The notes beneath the pieces are model-generated. The model was not told the origin of the DNA, did no database searches, and saw only the letters and a program-made list of their open reading frames with translations. From assembly GCF_020745735.1 (NCBI RefSeq), contig NW_026867573.1:62001-126000 (forward strand): a stretch of 64,000 bases of DNA, in the 5' to 3' direction. The stretch comes from Hemiscyllium ocellatum (taxonomy: Eukaryota). Within the stretch, counting starts at the first letter, position 1, and each line of letters begins with the position of its first letter. Made by a program: the position numbers and the translations under genes. Positions 11,880-24,589 of this stretch are shown piece by piece.

Positions 11880-12205
11880 CCAATAGTGTACAAATAGTGT
11901 CTTCGGCCCAGGGAGCCCATGCTGCCACTCTGAAGAGAATCCCAACCAGACACATTCCCCTATTACTGTACATTTACCGCTGACTAATGTACCTTGCCTA
12001 TACATCCCTGAACACCACGGGCAATTGATCGTGGTCAATTCACCTCGTCTTCACAACTTTGGGTTGTGTGAGGAAACCGGTGCACTCCGGAAGAAACGGG
12101 GAAATTATGCAAAGTCAACACAGACAGTTGCCCAAAGCGAGAGTCGAACTGGGTCACTGGTGCTGTGAGGCAGCAGTGCTAAACACTGTGCCACCGTACC
12201 GCCCC
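11880..12205 (-). mobile_element. HE1/V-SINE-type tRNA-derived SINE
   Basis: The minus strand begins ggggcggtacggtggcacagtgtttagcactgctgcctcacagc, followed by a B-box-like cagttcgactc. Confidence 0.85.
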
Positions 12206-12209
12206 ATAA

Positions 12210-14830
12210 CGAACAAACTGTTGAAATGTCTGTAACATACCATAAACTCACCCTGTGGCAAACTGCAAATTCAGACACTGTTTCTTACAGACAACAGGAG
12301 ACATCTTCCAAAAAGACTTTAGACAGAATGCCAGACAGCAAACATGTTCTGTAGCTTGGAACGTTTCTGCGCTGCAATAGCTTCTGCTGCTGCCTCCGCC
12401 AGCTTTTCTGCTGGAAATAAACTAATCTAGAATATACCCGACCTGGGAGAACTGGCCACTCCTCTGCCATTGTTAAACTAGCCTATTTCTGAAATATTAC
12501 TGCGCCTCTGCTTTTACAAATGCTTTTAAAATAAAACGACACGACAAAATATTATTTTACATGTGACACCAAACACGGCTTCGTTTGTAAAAACATCAGT
12601 CTTACTCTGCTGGTACGAGACATATGTGTAATTACATTGACTATAGCCATGCAAACATTTACTACTACATTCTATTTCAGACTGTTTACTCCTGCCATCA
12701 AACACATTTGATTTTTATTCACACAACGTTCCACAACGTACCATCAATAACATTTCATCGTTTTGCAACATGCACGATGTTTCGATTGAATGGCTGCTCC
12801 CATAATCGCAACCTAAACACTCTGGGTTTTTGTCCCTAAATTTTTTGCGAAAACTTTACCATGTCATAATACGTATATATGACTGTCTCAGACTCGTTAC
12901 CGTCATTATTCACATTGAAATATTGCTCGGCCAACACCAAGCTCAAAACCTCCGCGTCAGGTTTCGGAAATTTCTGCAGATACGTGTTCATTTTGATGGA
13001 GAAATATCACATAGGCCTTTCTATCTTCTCGTCATCTTCTTGTCGGGGTACAGCACCAACACCCACATGACTCACAACGATAGCCACCTTGAATGCCTTT
13101 GCATAATTAGATTTGGCTCATACTGGGGCAGTGAGTATCTCAGTTTTCGGACTGTCAAATGGCTTCTGACAGTCTACCATCCACTGAAACGTCTGGCATG
13201 TTTTTGGCAAGGCAATGAGTGCAGCAGCCGCAGTGCGACAGTTCAGTACAAATTTCTGATAAACTACCTCAATCCCAGGAATCGTAGAACATCTGCAACC
13301 TTCCTAATTATTTTGATCAAATTGTCATGCCTGGTAAAAAGCCCCCAGGAACGTGTCTTTGCCTGTTTCTCGCAAAGCCGAATTCCCAAATTAAAAATGG
13401 ACACCCCTGTTAAATGCTGCAAATGGTCCTTCCATTTTTGACTGAAAGTAACCAGTTCCTTGATGTATACCACGCAATTGGTTAATCCAAAAATATTTTA
13501 TTGATAGTCTTTGAAATGTGGCTGCTCACTCTTCATACCAAATCGAAGTAGTCCATTCTGTGTTACAGAAGTCACAATTGTCTTTGCACTTCCTGATGAA
13601 GGTACCTACCAGCATCCTCTTAGAAATAGAAAGTGCTCGTCCCACTTGTTCAATGCAGTATCCCAAATCTGGAATCGAATATGAATCATCCTTTGTAACT
13701 GCATTGACTTGGCATACACTATGCGCATACCACTGCCATATGTGAGCTCCAATCAATGCAACTCACGTCGATTATGTTGACTTGGAGCATGTCTTCATTT
13801 TGTTAAAAATTGTGCCAACGTCATGGGGCTATGTGCACTCCAAAATTGTTGTTTAGTTGGAACAGCATTTCCTCTATCTGGATCATGCATAATACGATTA
13901 CCAGCATATTCCCACATTTTTCCACATGAGATGGCAATAACTCTTCCATGCCATTTCGATTTCCCTCTGGAGAGTAACTCAATGATATTCCCCAATTTTT
14001 GCCAAATTCCTCATTGTTCAATTAAATTTGAAGACTGTCTAATTCCGAATTCTCTGAATTTGAGTTTCAACTGTGTCTTTGCAGCCCGCAACACATTCTC
14101 CTTTTGGTTTTCTTTCCAGTCAAAATAAATTCTGAAAACATTCACGTGACATCCTCTGATATTTGTTTCTGGCTGGATTCGCTCTCGTCACTCAATTTCA
14201 TTTAGACTTGATAAGATCCACTAAACCTCACTTCTGAATTTCATTTATCACTGGGAATAACAATAAAACGTGAACGCCGCGAGCAAAAATGTGGGCTTTT
14301 GATTTTTTTTTTTGTCTGCTCTCTAATCTTGTTTTGTCCCATCCATTCGATCAAACTTAGCATGTGAAAATTCTACGACAAGTTTCTCATATGTATTAAT
14401 TGATTCATCCTCGCATTTCAAATGGTGGCTTTTTCAATTTGTTATTGGAAAAAATCCCCAAGATTTCGTTCTTATAATAACTCAATCGCTTGTTTTTTTT
14501 CCCCACTGGCTTTTCCACCAATGTAGGCAGCACCCTACCTGTGAACTTACTTTATCATCTGCAAGGACAAGTTATATTCCTTGGAACTGAGAGTTCTTCC
14601 AATGTTCCTGCACCAACTACTCGACTTTTCACTGTAAACTGCAACCACACTATGCATAAGTGACCACTTACCGTCTCACTATGAAATCCACGCACCAGCA
14701 TTTTTTCTGGCAATAGTCCTTCTGATTTGTATATCTCGTCAAAGATGGATATGATTCAATATGTTTTAAACCGTAACCTCTTTACCTGCTCTCTTGGCCT
14801 ACACGTGTAACTCTTATCTTCGCAGGTGAA
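12210..14830 (-). mobile_element. Decayed Gypsy (Gmr1-like) LTR element: integrase, RT, RNase H and LTR remnants
   Basis: Minus-strand peptides VNAVTKDDSYSIP...CIEQVG, VYIKELV..WKDHLQHL and VLRFLG. LTR motif gaactggccactcc at about 12450. Confidence 0.75.
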
Positions 14831-14834
14831 TTGT

Positions 14835-15700
14835 TTAATAGACAATAGAAAATACACAATAGGTGAAGGAATAGGCCATTCTGCCCTTCGATCCTGCACC
14901 ACCATTCAATATGATCATGGCTGATCATCCTTAATCAGTATCCTGTTCCTGCCTTATCTCCATAACCCTTGATTCCACAATCCTTGAGAGCTCTATCCAA
15001 CTCTTTCTTAAATGAATCCAGAGACTGGGCCTCCACTGCCCTCTGGGCAGATGATTCCCCACAGCCACCACTCTCTGGGTGAAGAAGGTTCACCTCATCT
15101 CTGTCCTAAATGATTTACCTCATATTTTTCAGCTGTGTCCTCAGGATCGGCACTCACCCATCAGCAGAAACATGTTTCCTGCCTCTAGAGTGTCCAATCC
15201 TTTACTAATCTCATATGTCTCAATCATATCTCCTCTCAGCCTTCTAAACTCAAGGGTATACAAGCCCAGTCGCTCCAGTCTTTCAGCGAGAGGTATTCCC
15301 GCCATTCCAGGAATTGACCTCATGAATCTACGCTGCACTCCCTCAACAGCCAGAACGTCTTTCCTCAAATTTGGAGACCAGAACTGCACACAATATTCCA
15401 GGTGTGGTCTCACCAGGGCCCCGTACAGCTACAGAAGAACCTCTTTGCTTCTATACTCAATCCCTTTTATTATGAAGGCCAGAATGCTATTTGCCTTTTT
15501 CAGTATCTGCTGTACCTGCATGTTTACCTTCATTAAGAACACCCAGATCTCTCCGTACTGCGGCTTTACCTAAATTTAATCCTTATTGGTAGTAATCTGC
15601 CTTCCTGTTCTTGCCACCAAAGTGGATAACCATACATTTATCCACATTAAACTGCACCTGCATTGCATCTGACCACTCACCTAACTTGTCCAGAGTGTCC
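14835..15700 (-). mobile_element. Young CR1/HER1 LINE 3' portion (RT C-terminus, 3'UTR, tandem tail)
   Basis: RPHLEYCVQFWSP...LEFRRLRGDMIETY; (attgtct)-like tail. Confidence 0.9.
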
Positions 15701-16129
15701 AGGTTACTCTGTAAAAAGATTTGGCATTTGCTGCTGCAAATCTGTAGTACATTCTGGTGCAGTGTTCAGCCTCAAATGTAATTTCCTTCGCCACTTCAAC
15801 TCACTTTGATTATGTTGTCTTGGACCATGTCTTCACTTTTTATTTTAACTTGTGCCAACTTCATGGGGTTACGTCCACTACAAAAAATCCTGTATTCCTT
15901 CTTTTCTCTTCCAAGTGCGTTTTCTAACCCACTAACACTGTGATTTGACGTAGCCTACTTTATATATTGAAAAACAATGTTTTTTTTTAATTTTCTTTCC
16001 CCTTCTTGTGTTCCCTTGTTACCTTGGGTCGTGTTTATAGAGGTGTATGGTATGGTTTTCCGGACCAGAAAAAATATTCCCTCAAAATATACCAAAAAGA
16101 CAGCCTTGACCGCGTATTTATTTTTTCTT

Positions 16130-16720
16130 AAGTTAAAGCTAGGTGTTAAAACTTTTGTTGTTGCTGAAATTCGAATCATGAATCTATGAACTTTGAAGTA
16201 TAACACTTTATTCACACACTATAAGGAAAATGTGGAAAAGTAGAAGTAAAAATATTTTTAAAAACTGGCTTAATTGTAACTCTACAAAATGCTTTGTGAA
16301 ATGGCATATCAGCAACGACAGGTTAACAGTTCCAATATAATGACAGCCCATAAACACAACTAGGCAAAGGCAGACTCAAACAATTCGATTGTCTCTCATA
16401 CACGTTTTGGCAGTCGGAAGAGAATCGAATCTTTTAGCTGTAACAAGAAAAGGAATATGCACATCCATATCCAAATTAAAGAACCAAGCAAATGTTACTG
16501 AAGTTTATAACTTAGAAAATATTTCCGACTGCTTCTTTGGTTCCAACGCGCTTTTTTTGTAAGAAAAAGGCTTTAAAAGCTGTTTAATTTATTGAGTGTA
16601 GAGTAGACGACCCATCACCTCTGTCTCAATGTTTCTTCATTGTAAAAAAAAGTACAAAATCACCACTTAAAGTCATACTAAAATCATAACAGATTAAGTC
16701 TTTTCCCATGCTGAGTACAG
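16130..16720 (-). mobile_element. Degraded LTR, Gypsy-related
   Basis: Similar to 26480-26860 and other LTR copies (ggcaaaggca...gattgtctc). Confidence 0.5.
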
Positions 16721-17419
16721 TACAAAATCTGAACACAAGAGGGGGAAAGAAAGGTGACATTAAAATGATTTGTAAGAGACCCGCGAGACAACCTTTCACT
16801 GAGAATGTATTACTTGTTTGGCATGAGTTGCATGAGCAAGCAGTAGAAGTGAGCACAGTTACAATACTAAAAAAAACGTTTTGAAAAACTACGTGTATAG
16901 GCCAGAATTTGAGTGATATTGGCCAAAGACAGACGAATGAGACTGGTTCAGCACGCCTTCCCGACGTGTAGGAGTTGCACCAAAAGATGAGAGTTACCTG
17001 ACCGCATGTCTCTAAAAAAGCTGGAGCATTATGTATAAAATCCCATTATAAAGAAAAAATGTTCGATGAAACTGACTGAATCAAAAATAAATGCAATGGC
17101 ACACTTCACTACCATCTCCAAGTATAACACAACAATCTAATAATTATTTATTTAACAGAGATGTATTCACTTGGGAGGACACACACGTCGACAAAAATAT
17201 ATATATTTATGATTCTTTCTAAATCACTTTCAGACGATCTCATTTCAGACAGAATACAAACACATTCACAGAAGTAACCAGAAAGAGTCTGCCATTTATT
17301 GCAACAATGTAAGCAGCATGATGCAAACATAAAGAAGGTTGGAAACTGCCTCTTGTAGAAAGGATCCGGAATTGACGAATAAATAATAAATCCAAATTGA
17401 GCACCTCTGAGGACTGACA

Positions 17420-18870
17420 ATGGACAGACAGTTGACAACAGTCTCAAACGGGAAAGGTGTGATACATATAATTTGGTAATGCAGTCAGAAAAGGGGGGAC
17501 TTCAAAGCATATGCAGACTGGAGGAATCTAACCGTCATTAATCATGAAGACTACTTCTTGCAATTCGTGTGAGATATTTTTGGAGAAGTTATTTGAAAAT
17601 CTACATCGAAAGTATGACAAAATTGTCCTTTTCCGGAATTGTTCAAGTGCCTCCCATATTTTCCTGGCACTTTCTTCTTGTTATTTTTGTTTGTCTTATT
17701 TCCGCATGATGTATTCATCAAATTGTCTTCCAAATTTATCATTCATCTGGTCTCCGCCATGGCTCACAATCTACTCAGCAGTCTCAGGAAGGCTTCACCA
17801 GTGATACAATATCGTGCAGAGAAGAAAATGCTGAACAGAAAAAAAAATAAATCATTTTAGCTATCATTGCCTGGAGTGACGACAGGATGCGCTCCCTTTG
17901 TTGGTTTCCGTCTTTAAAATGTATAGTAATGTCAACATTGCCATTTCTAAGTCTTGAATTGAATTTACTCGAAAGTGTTCGCCGTTGTGGGAAGAAGGAG
18001 AAAACTTCTTGAGAATTGTGATAATAAATGTTGTTCCTTGCGGTCTATTCGGATGACATCTGAAATTGTTGTGAATTTAACATTCTATTTCGCTTATTTG
18101 TTTATTTTAAGTCAAGCATTATGCACTGAGAAAATAATTATAATTATCCTTGACACAGAGTAAAATCTGGGATACAGTCACGTTAATGTTTTAGCACTCC
18201 ACATTATTTATGAATGTGATCAGTTTCATCTTTAAGACTAGACGCATAGATGTGAATAAGGGTGTGGAATTTAGCGATGGCTGTTAAATTTGATTGTGAT
18301 CAATTAAGAAAATGGACTAACAGATTTGACTGCCTTGATATGGAGGAGCCGGTATTGGACTGGGCTGAACCAAGTAAACAACACCAATCTATCATCCAAC
18401 AGGTTTACTTGGGAACACCAACTTTCGGACAGCTGCTCCTTCATCAGGCCGCTGTGACTCAGGGCCATAAGACACAGAATTTACAGCAAAAGATTGCTCT
18501 GTCATACAGTTGCAACAATATATTGAACCAATGTGGATTGCTGTTAAGTCTTTCACCTTTTCGAATGGGTTGCATACTTCGGTTTATTTATACGTAAATG
18601 CCAGAACTTCTTTGAATTCACTTCACAAGATAACTTAATGCTTTATAATAAGAAATGGTGACATCTCAGTTAAGAAAATGGTTTAAATATATGATATTGA
18701 GTTTGTCTGTGCCCTAACCTTTAGTCAAATAGGCTTTATTACCAAATTAGATAATATAAATTAATTTGTTAATAATTTGGACGGTGCACAGAAACGGTTT
18801 GTATTTAAAAACAATAAAAACATTCTGCATTAGACGTACATACCTTGAGGAAAGTAAAACTCAATCGAAA
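17420..18870 (-). pseudogene. Decayed NACHT-like module, paralog of module B (post-Walker-B half only)
   Basis: Colinear nucleotide similarity to 27985-28930 (MWSAKTLT*LYPRFYSV vs MWNANALSSLVPKFYSV; QEESARKIWEALEQFRKRTILSYFR). Interrupted by a PLE-derived repeat at about 18335-18780. Confidence 0.55.
18335..18780. mobile_element. PLE-family terminal repeat (second family) inserted in a NACHT remnant
   Basis: tccaacaggttta...ctttcggacagctgctccttcatcagg matches 26870-27000. Homology to 28.8 kb resumes after the insert. Confidence 0.7.
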
Positions 18871-18899
18871 ATGTGAATCAATGACGTCTATCAAGTTCG

Positions 18900-19950
18900 T
18901 TTTAAGATTGTATTACACCAAAAGAAAGTGATTTGCAAGGATGGCAGAAACAATTACTTAGGCTTGAGAGTAATTTCTAGTGCATCAAATGGATGACCAT
19001 GTATCAGATAAAGGAAAAGAAGTTATGAAAACAAATCAGTGAGACATATCAAGACAGACTGTCAGAGATTTTGCAAGGATAAGTTTAAAAGGTGAATGTA
19101 ATTAATCCAGATATTTCGGGGCGGCACAGTGGCTTCGCCGTCAGCGCTGCTGCCTCACAGCATCAGGGACACGACTTTGTTTCCAGCCTTGGGGAACTGT
19201 CTTTGAGGAGTGTACGCAATGCCAATGTGCCTGCGCGGGCTTTCTCCTGGTGCTCAAGGTTCATCCGACATTGTGAAATCTTGCAGCTTAAGTAGACTGG
19301 CCATTCTCAATTGCCCATTGTGTCCAAGGATGTGCAGGTAGCTGGAGTAAACTTGCAAATTGCAGGGACCCTGTAGACTCGATGGGTGGAATTGCCTGCT
19401 TCCATCATGAAGGGATTCCATGCAATCTGACTCAAGCAACATTCTCCAGTGAATATACCGAAATATCGTGTCGAATTACAGGCCAATCCAAGCAATTTCT
19501 TTGCCTGGCATTAATTACACGATCTGATTATTAAAAAAAAAACAGGCACTGAACGTTAATGAAAAATGACGATGAGTATTTAAAATTTCAGATAAATTAC
19601 CACATGGCTAAATAGATATTTTAAAAGAGGAATTCTCACCGCGTTTTCAACTCTGGAACAGAAGTGACTCCAGTTCCAAATGATGCATTTCTCCATTCAG
19701 CGCCTTTCAGATTAGCTGACAAACATTTCACTTACACTAAAAATGCAAAAGGAAGTCCGACATGCATCGAAATGGACTGATAAAACAGTTTCAAATCGTT
19801 GACTTGTATCTTTTTTATTTGTGCATAAGTACTTACTTGTGTCTTTTTAAGCAACACTCACTCAAAAAGATGACTTCAAAACCGTACAGAATTTGGGTGA
19901 TTCAAAAAAAAATGAAACAAAAGAAAATGTCGAAATAAGATGTAATGTGT
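18900..19950 (+). pseudogene. Possible oppositely oriented NACHT-like remnant
   Basis: FLVHQMDD (18974-18997), NPSNFFAW, AF...GLIKQ and FLFVHKYL (from 19812) appear in NACHT order but need frameshifts. A SINE is inserted at 19117. Confidence 0.28.
19117..19345 (+). mobile_element. HE1/V-SINE-type SINE
   Basis: ggggcggcacagtggct...cagcgctgctgcctcacagc head plus a V-domain-like body. Confidence 0.8.
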
Positions 19951-20029
19951 AAAAATAGTCTGAAAGACCTGTTAATGTTGGAAGTCAGAAACAACTATAG
20001 AAAATGCTGTATGGACTGTGGGGGTCTAA

Positions 20030-21330
20030 GTACCTATAGTTGTGTTGCTATCTCGGAAGAGCACATGGTCACTTTAAGAGAGATTGTGTCTTTCCTGAGA
20101 TGAGAGATTGTAACGACACATGTGTCCATTATTAGATGACATTTGAAAGTGTGTTAAGAATTGATAATATACAATAATCAGCTTGGAGTTAAGTTTTGAT
20201 ATGAAGGCACTGTATTTGAAATTTAACCAATTATTTTAGTGTATGCCCAGGACACCAAAAACGTATTGCATTTGATTTCTACAATATTGATAAAATTGTA
20301 CCATTCAGAAGGTATGAACTTTTAGGCTTCGACTAAGGAAGGCACGTTGAAAATTAGTCACAGACAATTAAGCATTGATTTGCAAAGCAGTTGTCGTCTG
20401 AAAGGTGATCTCTCAGAAGTCATCCTCTTTCAGATGTAACAAGATACGTTATACAAAGACTACAGCAATAAAGGTTAAAAAGAAGTCCCGAGGAGGAGGC
20501 GGAACGATTTGTACGACGGAAGGGAACAGCAGATGCTGACAACTGCTGAGAGACTGGATGGACTTTGAGACTCCAAGATAATTTAATCTCTATTAACTGT
20601 GTAATGCAAGTAGAATTTTATCAAAGTTGGGATCAGATAGCGGTAAAAAATGAGGTCTGCAGATGCTGGAGATCAGTTGAAAATGTGTTGCTGGAAAAGC
20701 GCAGCAGGTCAGGCAGCATCCAAGGAATAGGAAATTTGACGTTTCGGGCATAAGCCCTTCATCAGGAATGAGGAGAGAGTGCCAGGCAGGCTAAGATAAA
20801 AGGTAGGGAGGAGGGACTTGGGGGAGGGGCGATGGAGATGTGATAGGTGGAAGGAGGTCAAGGTGAGGGTGATAGGCCGGAGTGGGGTGGGGGCGGAGAG
20901 GTTAGGAAGAAGATTACAGGTTGGGCGTGCGGTGCTGAGTTGAGGGAACCGACTGAGACAAGGTGGGGGGAGGGGAAATGAGGAAACTGGAGAAATCCGA
21001 GTTCATCCCTTGTGGTTGGAGGGTTCCCAGGCGGAAGATGAGGCGTTCTTCCTCCAACCGTCGTGTTGTTATGTTTTGCCGGTGGAGGAGTCCAAGGACC
21101 TGCATGTCCTCGGTAGAGTGGGAGGGAGAGTTAAAGTGTTGAGCCACGGGGTGTTTGGGTTGGTTGGTCCGGGCGTCCCTGAGGTGTTCTCTGAAGCGTT
21201 CCGCAAGTAGTGGTAAGTTGGCAAAAAAGGAGGCTCTTATTTCTCAATGGATTCAATTCAGTGTCCACCGTTAGAGTTAGGAAATTAAATCGATTTTTTT
21301 TTCCATAAAGAGTGGAACTCAGGGACTTTC
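20030..21330 (+). mobile_element. LTR-like repeat interrupted by a young PLE
   Basis: Non-coding repeat-like sequence split at about 20645 and 21210; family not firmly assigned. Confidence 0.35.
20645..21210 (-). mobile_element. Young 5'-truncated Penelope-like element (GIY-YIG C-terminus plus terminal repeat)
   Basis: AQHFNSPSHSTEDMQVLGL...RRLEEERLIFRLGTLQPQGMN. Hammerhead core CTGATGA a GGGC ttat GCCC GAAACGTC on the minus strand at 20733-20772. Confidence 0.9.
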
Positions 21331-21439
21331 TTTAACTCATTCACATTAAGCAGGTTACGAAGCAAGGCAAGGTTTTCTAGGTGTTTTCGATAAGCAGAGG
21401 GCATCAGATTTCACGTCGTTACAGCAGCTAGGGAAATAG

Positions 21440-22250
21440 TTTTCAGTCGAAGACAGGCTAGGGGAACAGGATTAGAAGAAACAATAGGTGGCAAGATAGA
21501 AATGGAGAGTGTGCAAAACTGTTGGGCAGAAAAGAAAGTGGATAACGATCACGCTGTAAGAAAATGTTTAATAGATATTGGGGACTTATTTTTGAATAAA
21601 AACGGTGTATGCATGATTGTAGACTTCGTGATACCAAGGCCTGGTGTGTCCAGGAGGAGGAAAACGTGAAGAATTTGTTCAGCCACTAAAATTGTGGAAT
21701 TCGTCATTGATCCCAGAAGGTTGCAGTGTTCCCAAGCAGAAAATGAGGTTGTCTTCTTCCACCTTACGCTGAACTTCGATGAAGAACTGCAGTAACATTG
21801 TAACAGAGAAGTTGATCAGGCAACAATGTGCTGCATTGAATTTCTAGGTAACGGAAATGTTGCGCAGAATATTTGTCTTCTCAGAAGCAGCCGCCATCTC
21901 TCTGCTCTGTTTCTGCAATATAGAGCACACTACATTGTGAGTAGTAAATACAGAAGACGAAATTGAGTGATGTGCAGGTCATGACAGGGTCCGGGAACGT
22001 GGTTAGTAGAAACAATAAGTGGCGAGATAGAGATAGTGCTTTGCCTGGAAAATGTGCTTTGGCCAACACATACTGAGGAGGGGGAAGTCAACAGGCAGGC
22101 ATTTCACTTTCTGTGGTGACAAGGGACAGTGTCGTGACGCTGTGACAGTTGTGCTGGGAGTGGCTCTTGTGGAAGGCTGACACGAGAGAAGGAAATATGT
22201 GTCTGGCAGTGGAATTCACCTGGATGTAGCAGAAGTCGTGGCTTATGACC
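21440..22250 (-). mobile_element. Old PLE fragment paralogous to 30-940
   Basis: Colinear with 170-940 and ends at the same junction. Confidence 0.6.
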
Positions 22251-22690
22251 CTGAAATAAAATACAAGTATTAAGCAATTGTCAGTTTTAGTAGAGGCAGA
22301 CAGAATACTTCTGGTATGGAATAGACAAGATTAATTCATTACATGAAGTATTCTGTGGCCGAAAAGTTTAATCGTAATGTCTATGCCGATCAGAAAATGT
22401 TCAATCACATGAACTCAGCTGTGGCTTCAGCAAAGTGAGGCAGATTATTTTTGTCTGTTTTTTCCTGCAAATCAACGATCCATTTTCACACTCCAGAAGC
22501 AAAATATGCTGATATTTTTTATGCTCGCCGCCAACGCACGGAGAACTGGCAGATATAGCTTCGTCTCTGTAAATGCAAGATGTTGCATTTCATAAGTGAG
22601 ATCGGGGCATGTCTTCCATGAGCCCGAGGAGTGCTGATGACGCCGAGAACCTAAGTGTGCAGTTTCAGATTTCTTCAAAAGTGGCGTCTG
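22250..22690 (-). pseudogene. Distal fragment of a NACHT-like module (paralog of 940-1200)
   Basis: SILSASTKTDNCLILVFYFR vs GILWKKYKSMW*L*FAFYFR. It abuts the same PLE junction sequence (cctgaaataaaat) as the 940 copy. Confidence 0.35.
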
Positions 22691-22719
22691 AGGTAAACAC
22701 GACGGTGATAAGGGAGTTT

Positions 22720-23040
22720 GGAAAGCTTTCTGTTATTAGTCAGAGCCTTGAATAAAGGAAATGAGATGTCATGTTACGATGTTTAAGACATAGCTGAGGC
22801 CACTTTTAGAGTACTGCACACAGTTCTCATCTCTCTGATGTAGGAAGACTGTTGCAAAACTAGAAAAGGTACAGACAAATGTTTATGATGATTTTCCAAG
22901 GACTGGAGTTTTTTTTTGATATAGAGAGCGGCTGGATAGGGGGTTAACTTTAATTCTGGATCTTCAGAGGCTGAGTGTTGAGATTATACCGGTTTATAAA
23001 ATCGGTAAATGCATTGATAAGTTTGATAGTGTTCTGGAAC
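22720..23040 (+). mobile_element. CR1 LINE RT C-terminal fragment
   Basis: RPLLEYCTQF-like motif. Confidence 0.7.
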
Positions 23041-23215
23041 TGAAGACAAGCGTGGCCGTAACCTCATTATGTATTTTAAATCTACGTGTAAGACGTTGTG
23101 TTATGGATGGAACTCGATGAGTCAAACGATCTGGTGTGAAAAAAAAAACATTTTATTCCTTCACTGCAAGTAAAATGCGGAAAAGTAAGCAAAAATAAAA
23201 TAAAACTATCTTAAG

Positions 23216-24480
23216 TTTAAGCTGAAAAATGTGTTGCTGGAAAAGCGCAGCAGGTCAGGCAGCATCCAAGGAGCAGTAGAATCGACATTTCGGGTATAAG
23301 CCCTTCTTCAGGAATGAGGAAGGTGTACCAAGCAGGCTAAGATAAAAGGTAAGGAGGGGGGAATTGGGGGAGGGGCGTTGGGAATGCGATGGGGGAAGGA
23401 GGTTTAAGGTGAGGGTGACAGGCAGGAGAGGCGGTTGGGGCGGAGAGGTCGGGAAGAAGATTGCAGGTCAAGAAGGCGGTGCTGAATCTGAGGTTTGGGA
23501 CTGATATAAGGTGGTGGAGGGGAAATGAGAAAGCTGGAGAAATCTGCATGCATCCCTTGTCGTTGTAGGATTCCTAAGCAGAAGAGGAGTCCCTCTTCTT
23601 CCAGGAGTCGTGTTGCCATGGTCTGTCGATGGAGGAGGCCAAGGACCTGCATGTCCATGGCGGAGTGGGAGGGGGAGTTGAAGTTTTCAGCTACGTGGCG
23701 GTTGGGTTGGTTGGTGTGGGTGTCCCAGAGGTGTTCTCTGAAATGTTCCACAAGTAGGCGGCCTGTCTCCCCAATATAGAGGAGGTCACATCTGGTGCAA
23801 CGGATACAGTAAATGATGTGTGTGGAGGTGCAGGTGAATTTGTGATGGATACGGAAGGATCCCTTGGGACCTTGGATGGAAGTTAGCGGGGAGGAGTGGG
23901 CGCAGGTTTTGCATTTCTTGCCGTTGCAGGGGAAGGTGCTGGCAGTGGAGGTTGGGTTGGTGGGGGGTGTGGACCTGACGAAGGAGTCGCAGAGGGAGTG
24001 GTCTTTCCAGAGCACGGATAGGGGAGTGGAGGGAAATATATCCCTTGGTGGTGGGGTGTGTTTGGACGTGGCGGAAATAATGAAAGATGATACAATGTAA
24101 CTGGAGGTTGATGGGGTGTTAGGTGAGGAACTGTGATGTTCTGTCCTGTTTCCGATTGGAGGGATGGGATTCAATGGCGGAGGAGCGGGAAGTAGAAGAG
24201 ATGTGGTGGAGAGCATCGTCAACCACGGCTGAGGAGAAATTGCGGTCTTCCACCCCACCCCCTATCCAGCCTATTACACTCACCTTAACCTCCTTCCATC
24301 AATCGCATTACCAACGCCCCTTCTCAAAATTCCCTCCTCCATTCCTTTTATCTTAACCTGCTTGTCACACCTTCCTCATTCCTGAAGAAGGGCTTATGCC
24401 TGAAATGTCAATTCTCCTGCTCCTTGGATGCTGCCTGACCTGCTGCGCTTTTCTAGCATCTGCAGTCCTCACTTTCTCCC
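23216..24480 (-). mobile_element. Penelope-like element with GIY-YIG endonuclease and an inverted terminal repeat
   Basis: C..KCKTC, FTCTSTHIIYCIRCTRCDLLYIGETGRLL..HF.EH. Terminal repeat at 23216-23430 and its inverted copy at 24251-24480. Hammerhead motifs at 23279-23318 (-) and 24378-24415 (+). Confidence 0.92.
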
Positions 24481-24589
24481 TGTCTTACGTGTAACTCTCT
24501 CGAAATACGGAACAAAATAATATATTGATGATATTGATCACAACTCCCTGCCTTTACTGTAGTTATTGAGAGGGATACGAGCATACGGT

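Noticed and set aside
12830-13441. 203-aa plus-strand ORF
   Set aside because: Antisense to Gypsy RT/RNase H remnants; no recognisable protein.
15079-15573. 164-aa plus-strand ORF
   Set aside because: Antisense shadow of a CR1 RT.
17551-17742. Paralogous short ORFs (63 aa here, 60 aa at 28110-28292) as small protein genes
   Set aside because: They lie within larger duplicated decayed modules, and the alternative frame (KIWEALEQF / KFWEALEQF) is better conserved. The ancestral frame cannot be fixed everywhere by eye.
17590-18030. WEAL...ILSY and FSFF as L1/Tx1 ORF2 remnants
   Set aside because: No SRID or SDH endonuclease motifs, the spacing is wrong, and no RT follows. Upstream sequence in the paralog fits NACHT better. 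Not fully excluded without an HMM search.
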